Assembly (NCBI GenBank): GCA_023384005.1
Contig: JAHDXY010000001.1
Span: forward strand, 20,042 to 84,041
Length of the DNA stretch: 64,000 nucleotides
Source: Burkholderiaceae bacterium
GTDB lineage: Bacteria > Pseudomonadota > Gammaproteobacteria > Burkholderiales > Burkholderiaceae_E
Reading direction: 5' to 3'
The stretch's first letter is position 1. Each line of letters starts with the position of its first letter. Shown here in pieces: positions 60,621 to 64,000 of this stretch. The notes under the pieces were generated by a model that saw nothing but the letters and a program-made list of their open reading frames with translations, made no database searches and was not told the origin of the DNA. Both the position numbers and the translations under genes were made by a program.

Positions 60621-62582
60621 TCAATCGGTGAGAACGGAGAAGGCTGCGTAGTCAGCCGGGACGATGACCGGGTCTTCGCTAGAGCCAGTCTCGTGGACCA
60701 CCTTCAACCCCTTCAGCTCCGGCATTTGTGACGCGCGGTCCAGCAGCACCGACACAAAGTTGTCGGGCTCCGTCCCGAAGGCATCGATCAGGTCCAGATC
60801 GGCATCCCGGCACAGGCTAAGCGGAGAACGAATGTCCAGGATCACGTGCTCCAGGCTGGGCAGCGCAGCCAACCCGTTCAGAACCGTCCCCAGCACTTCC
60901 TCAGACCCCCACCAGTAGGCGGCCTGGACCGCGTGCCGCCGATGATCCGCTCCGAGGTCTACGGGGGACGACTCATAAGCCTGCATCTTGTCCAGGCACC
61001 AGCCCACCACCTTCTTGACCTCGGGGCTGCCAGAGCTGTCGATCACCGGCACATCGATCTCGAACCAGACGTTCCCCGTGTTGCCGTCGATCGTAACCTT
61101 CTTGCACTTCTTGGCGGCTTCCATGTCGAGCGCAGTGCAGCCGACCACGCAGGTCTTGTCCATCGCTCGCGCGACTACGGCGGCGTGGCTGGTCGCCCCG
61201 CCTGTCTGGGTCAGGATGCCGATCGCCGCGTTCATGCCGGCGATGTCATCGGGCGTCGTTTCGTGCGTGACGAGGATGCAGGGCTCCATGCAATTAATTG
61301 CGTCGCCCGACGAAAACACCGGCTTCCCGGTCACCACGCCGGGGCTCGCCGGGAGCCCGACCACCTTCGGGTCCGCCTTGAACGACGGATCCAGCATCGG
61401 CCGGCGCACGGCCTTGAACTGCGCCTTAGTCAGCCTCTTGAGCGCCGTTTCCCGGTCAATCACATCTCCCCACACGAGGTCGATTGCGATCTTGAAGGCA
61501 GCCCGGGCCGAACGCTTGCCTACCCGGCTCTGCAGGATGAACAGCTGGCCCTGCTGCACGGTGAACTCCACATCCACCATGTCCTTGTACATATCCTCCA
61601 GTTTGTGGCAGGTCTGAATGATCTCGTCGGCCATCTTCGGCCACTCGCCACCGAGAGACTGCATCTCCTTGAGCGGGCGGGGCGTCCTGATCCCAGCCAC
61701 CACGTCCTCCCCCTGGGCGTTCTGCAGGAACTCGCCCATGATCGAGTCATTGCCTGTCGACGGGTCTCGCGTGAACAGCACGCCCGTCCCCGAGTCGTCG
61801 CCCATGTTGCCGAACACCATGGCCTGCACGTTCACGGCGGTGCCCATGCCCTCGTCGATCTTGTTCAGCTTGCGGTACTCGATTGCCCGAGGATTCATCC
61901 AGCTGTCGAACACCGCCCTGATCGCGGCGCGGAGCTGCTCCTGGGCATCGTTGTCGGGGAACGGGAAGCCCTTGTTCTCCTTGAACGCCTTCCGGTAACG
62001 AGCCACCAGCGAAGACAGGTCTATGAAATCGAGTTCCGTATCATCGACCTTCCCAAGCTCCTTCTTTAGCTTGGCCAGCTGGAACTCGAACACCGCGTGC
62101 GGGACGCCGTAGGCCGTGGAGCCCAGCATCTGGATCAGACGACGCTGGCTGTCCATTGCAGCCCGCTGACCGATGCGATCAGCCCACGCACCGAAGTTGT
62201 CCTCGGTCAGGCCGACATTCAGGATCGTGTCCATCATGCCGGGCATCGAGACCGGAGCGCCCGAGCGAACCGAGACGAGCGGCGTGTACCCGAACTGCTT
62301 GGTCAGCCACTGCATGCCCGCGAAGGCATCGCCCACCACGTCCTTGATGAACTCGTCGCGCTCCTTGCCTTCCAGCTGCATGTAAGCGAGACACAGGTCA
62401 GTCGGAATCGTGAAGCCGGGCGGGACGGGCATGCCGGCCTGGGCCATCATGACGAGAGCCGCGCCTTTGCCTCCCAGATGCTTCTTGGCGAGCTTCTGGT
62501 CAGTTTCTGTCCAATCACAATGACCGGCAGAGAACCTGTAGATCTTGCTTCCCACGTTACCCTCCATGGTTTCTGTGGACAC
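60621..62582 (-). CDS. pyruvate phosphate dikinase-like phosphotransferase lacking the PEP/pyruvate domain
   Basis: 653 aa. PPDK N-terminal ATP-grasp blocks (LGGKGAAL, PLVSVRSGAPVSMPGMMDTILNVGL, NAQGEDVVAGIRTP) and the phosphohistidine domain GGATSHAAVVARAMDKTCVVGC. These are followed by only about 150-170 unrelated residues. Confidence 0.85.
   Translation of the reverse strand: MSTETMEGNVGSKIYRFSAGHCDWTETDQKLAKKHLGGKGAALVMMAQAGMPVPPGFTIPTDLCLAYMQLEGKERDEFIKDVVGDAFAGMQWLTKQFGYTPLVSVRSGAPVSMPGMMDTILNVGLTEDNFGAWADRIGQRAAMDSQRRLIQMLGSTAYGVPHAVFEFQLAKLKKELGKVDDTELDFIDLSSLVARYRKAFKENKGFPFPDNDAQEQLRAAIRAVFDSWMNPRAIEYRKLNKIDEGMGTAVNVQAMVFGNMGDDSGTGVLFTRDPSTGNDSIMGEFLQNAQGEDVVAGIRTPRPLKEMQSLGGEWPKMADEIIQTCHKLEDMYKDMVDVEFTVQQGQLFILQSRVGKRSARAAFKIAIDLVWGDVIDRETALKRLTKAQFKAVRRPMLDPSFKADPKVVGLPASPGVVTGKPVFSSGDAINCMEPCILVTHETTPDDIAGMNAAIGILTQTGGATSHAAVVARAMDKTCVVGCTALDMEAAKKCKKVTIDGNTGNVWFEIDVPVIDSSGSPEVKKVVGWCLDKMQAYESSPVDLGADHRRHAVQAAYWWGSEEVLGTVLNGLAALPSLEHVILDIRSPLSLCRDADLDLIDAFGTEPDNFVSVLLDRASQMPELKGLKVVHETGSSEDPVIVPADYAAFSVLTD
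61289..61302. repeat. palindrome-family copy (intragenic)
   Basis: TGCAATTAATTGCG (1 mismatch). Inside the PPDK-like CDS (DAINC). Confidence 0.75.
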
Positions 62583-62587
62583 GATTC

Positions 62588-62615
62588 ATTCTAGCTTTGG
62601 ACCCGTGAGGCGCAA
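62588..62615 (-). promoter_or_regulatory. sigma70-like promoter candidate
   Basis: Minus strand: motif, 8 nt, TTGCGC, 16 nt, TAGAAT. The GTG at 62582 is only 5 nt past the -10, so the mRNA could be leaderless or use a later start. Confidence 0.45.
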
Positions 62616-62623
62616 GAAGTTTT

Positions 62624-62637
62624 TGCAATTAATTTCG
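62624..62637. repeat. palindrome-family copy
   Basis: TGCAATTAATTTCG (2 mismatches). The central TAA is the stop of 62629-63138; a promoter candidate follows. Confidence 0.75.
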
Positions 62638-63138
62638 CATTGAGCTCGTGTAGAAGCCTAGCGTCATCGCCCTGCGGAGGATTTTCCTTGCCGCCTTCTG
62701 CCATTTCCGCTCCTCCAGACGCCAGACCGCCCCCTCACCTTTCACGTCCTTACGATCATCCTTGACGTCATCCATGAGCAGGAGAGCGACGAGCACCGCC
62801 TGGTTGCGGGCATCCAGCCACCGGCCTTCATCGACAAGCGTCAGGATGAACTGCGCACAGCAATAGAGCCCGTGGCGGGGGTCGTCCGGCGACAGGTCGC
62901 GCAAGAGTGCCGTGGCGGCCTCATCGACCCTTTTCGAGAGCCTTGCGATGCTCAGCATATCGATCTGCGATAGGGGTGCGACTGCCGCGAGGTTTAGATG
63001 GTGCATCACGTCGGCCCGGAGCTCGAACCCCGCTTTCTTGCACTCCTCCATCATCAGGAAGAGCATGTGCGCGGGAAGACACTGCTCGATGATCGTCAAA
63101 TCCCGCGCCAACAAGTCCACTTGTGCCAGTGCCTTCAT
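62629..63138 (-). CDS. hypothetical helical protein
   Basis: 169-aa ORF with GGAGG 10 nt upstream of the ATG and an in-frame TGA three codons upstream. Confidence 0.55.
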   Translation of the reverse strand: MKALAQVDLLARDLTIIEQCLPAHMLFLMMEECKKAGFELRADVMHHLNLAAVAPLSQIDMLSIARLSKRVDEAATALLRDLSPDDPRHGLYCCAQFILTLVDEGRWLDARNQAVLVALLLMDDVKDDRKDVKGEGAVWRLEERKWQKAARKILRRAMTLGFYTSSMRN

Positions 63139-63212
63139 CGTCCTTCAGCCTCCGTGCACCCCACATACGGGCGAGCTCGTCCAAGATCGGGTCTTCGCGG
63201 TCAACAACAACA

Positions 63213-64000
63213 TCATAGCGCTCGATGCGAGCTGGCAGTCCTTGCTCGACCAGAGCCTGCTCGAAGCCCTGCTGGTTCGTGTCGCTGTAAACCCGAAACC
63301 GTGGCATGCCGATGCTCCTTTCCATGCTCCCCCTGGGTGCGTTCAATATGAGTTAGGCTGTGCTTGCTCTGCGGCTTGGCTTCGATCAGCGAGCGCGGCA
63401 TGCGATGGGTCGGAATCTGATGACGAGACCAGATTTCACGCCTCAAGGTCAGCCCGAAAACGACACCCGCCATACTGTCAGAGACGTCTTTCGATCCGTG
63501 CGGCGGGTGATCGATCTTGTTCTTCTTCGTGTCGATCTCGAGAGTCCGCATCTCCTGCATCGCCTTGGCATGCGTGGGCGCAAGGATGCGGCCATCGTAG
63601 AATGCCTGCTTCGTCACGTCATAGGCATAGGTGTCCGTGTCCATGGATTGGTAGCCGGTCATGAAGCCTTGCCGGTGCATGATCTGAATCGAGTCTTTGG
63701 ATTGGAAGCTGTCGAAGCTCACCCATTTGACCGGCAGATTCATCGTATCGCGGAGCGTGTAGATCAGCTTGCGAATGTTCTCAAACTCGATCTCCCCGCC
63801 TCGCGGCGGCCGGATCTCGAGGATCATGTCGAACTGAATCACCGGCATCGTCTCAATAAAGTCACCCCGACTGACGGCGACAAAATTCGGCACATGCCCT
63901 ATGCTGACGCCTGCGCTGTCTTTCGAGATCGCAAGATCTATGTGCACGAACCGAGGCTCGTTCGGGTTCACGATGCGCTTCGGGTACAGCTGCAGCTTCG
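63213..64000 (-). CDS. terminase large subunit, C-terminal (nuclease) part; 5' end outside window
   Basis: The reading frame stays open to the window edge. FVHIDLAISKDSAG and IDHPPHGSKDVSDSMAG resemble terminase RNase-H-fold nuclease motifs. The last 40-50 residues look low quality. Confidence 0.7.
   Translation of the reverse strand, partial: KLQLYPKRIVNPNEPRFVHIDLAISKDSAGVSIGHVPNFVAVSRGDFIETMPVIQFDMILEIRPPRGGEIEFENIRKLIYTLRDTMNLPVKWVSFDSFQSKDSIQIMHRQGFMTGYQSMDTDTYAYDVTKQAFYDGRILAPTHAKAMQEMRTLEIDTKKNKIDHPPHGSKDVSDSMAGVVFGLTLRREIWSRHQIPTHRMPRSLIEAKPQSKHSLTHIERTQGEHGKEHRHATVSGLQRHEPAGLRAGSGRARTASSHRAL

Larger units (their letters stand above)
5217..64000 (-). mobile_element. siphovirus-type phage or prophage genome segment, all genes co-directional; right end runs out of window
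   Basis: Uninterrupted minus-strand series: terminase, accessory genes, DNA polymerase, portal, capsid, tail, lysis, replication, recombination, early genes. Left limit is uncertain (one motif copy also at 2687). Confidence 0.85.

Noticed and set aside
60621-62582. Calling this gene a metabolic pyruvate phosphate dikinase or PEP synthase (a classic auxiliary metabolic gene).
   Set aside because: The whole PEP/pyruvate-binding TIM-barrel domain (about 340 aa) is missing and is replaced by a short unrelated tail. It cannot catalyse the canonical reaction.
2687-62637. Reading the palindrome as a sigma54 promoter (TGGCAC-N5-TTGCA).
   Set aside because: The GC dinucleotides of the two arms are 10 nt apart, not 11. 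There is no GG at the -24 position. The element is symmetric and often sits in front of a terminator or inside a CDS.
2687-62637. Treating the repeated motif as a CRISPR array or as known alphaproteobacterial boxes (CtrA TTAA-N7-TTAA, LexA GTTC-N7-GTTC, DnaA box).
   Set aside because: The copies are 14 bp, irregularly spaced over 60 kb and separated by genes, so this is not an array. There is only one TTAA per site and no direct-repeat structure, so none of those consensus sequences fits.
5424-62637. Apparent quantised spacing between the motif and the downstream start codon: 39-41 nt at six sites, 50 nt at 17812 and 50297, and about 59-61 nt at 41655, 44559 and 46956.
   Set aside because: The spacing is suggestive, but several start codons were chosen by me and are uncertain. 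Alternative starts (19936, 22906, 57252, 15036) move sites between bins. I kept only the better-supported motif-to-promoter spacing as a finding.
1-64000. tRNA, rRNA, integrase, attachment sites, and a phage RNA polymerase that might use the motif as its promoter.
   Set aside because: I saw no cloverleaf-type sequence (no GTTCGAATC-like T-arm) and no recombinase signatures. No single-subunit RNAP-sized unexplained ORF is present in the window. These elements may lie outside it.

Overview
GC-rich 64-kb window. From about 5.2 kb to the right edge it is one contiguous siphovirus-type phage or prophage genome segment, with about 75 genes all on the minus strand. In transcription order (right to left) these are: large terminase (runs off the window), an 11-gene accessory cluster, family-A DNA polymerase, portal, head morphogenesis protein, XkdF-like protease, scaffold, major capsid, connectors, major tail protein, a 2-gene moron, chaperones, a 1589-aa tape measure, an RcGTA g12-g15-like tail tip (Dit-like x2, hub, NlpC/P60, about 1500-aa megatron-like protein), tail fibre, lysis genes, AAA+ ATPase, the replication module (initiator, DnaB-like helicase, RNase H, primase, SF2 helicase), the recombination module (RecA-like, nucleases, N6-adenine methyltransferase, RuvC-like) and small early genes. 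The left 5 kb is different. It holds a short ATP-dependent ligase plus a relic of its 3' end, three XRE regulators, a lower-GC 2-gene cassette, decayed ORFs and small peptide candidates. No rRNA, tRNA, CRISPR array or integrase was seen. Two signals stand out. (1) About 35 copies of a 14-bp palindrome, TGCAATTAATTGCA, lie mostly at gene boundaries; six sit at a fixed distance upstream of sigma70-like promoters and three sit between a stop codon and a terminator. (2) The accessory cluster between terminase and polymerase encodes a truncated pyruvate-phosphate-dikinase-like phosphotransferase, two CX5R dual-specificity-phosphatase paralogs and a CsrA-like protein. CDS coordinates follow the ORF track, with some starts refined by hand. 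Non-CDS coordinates were read by eye and may be off by 1-2 nt.
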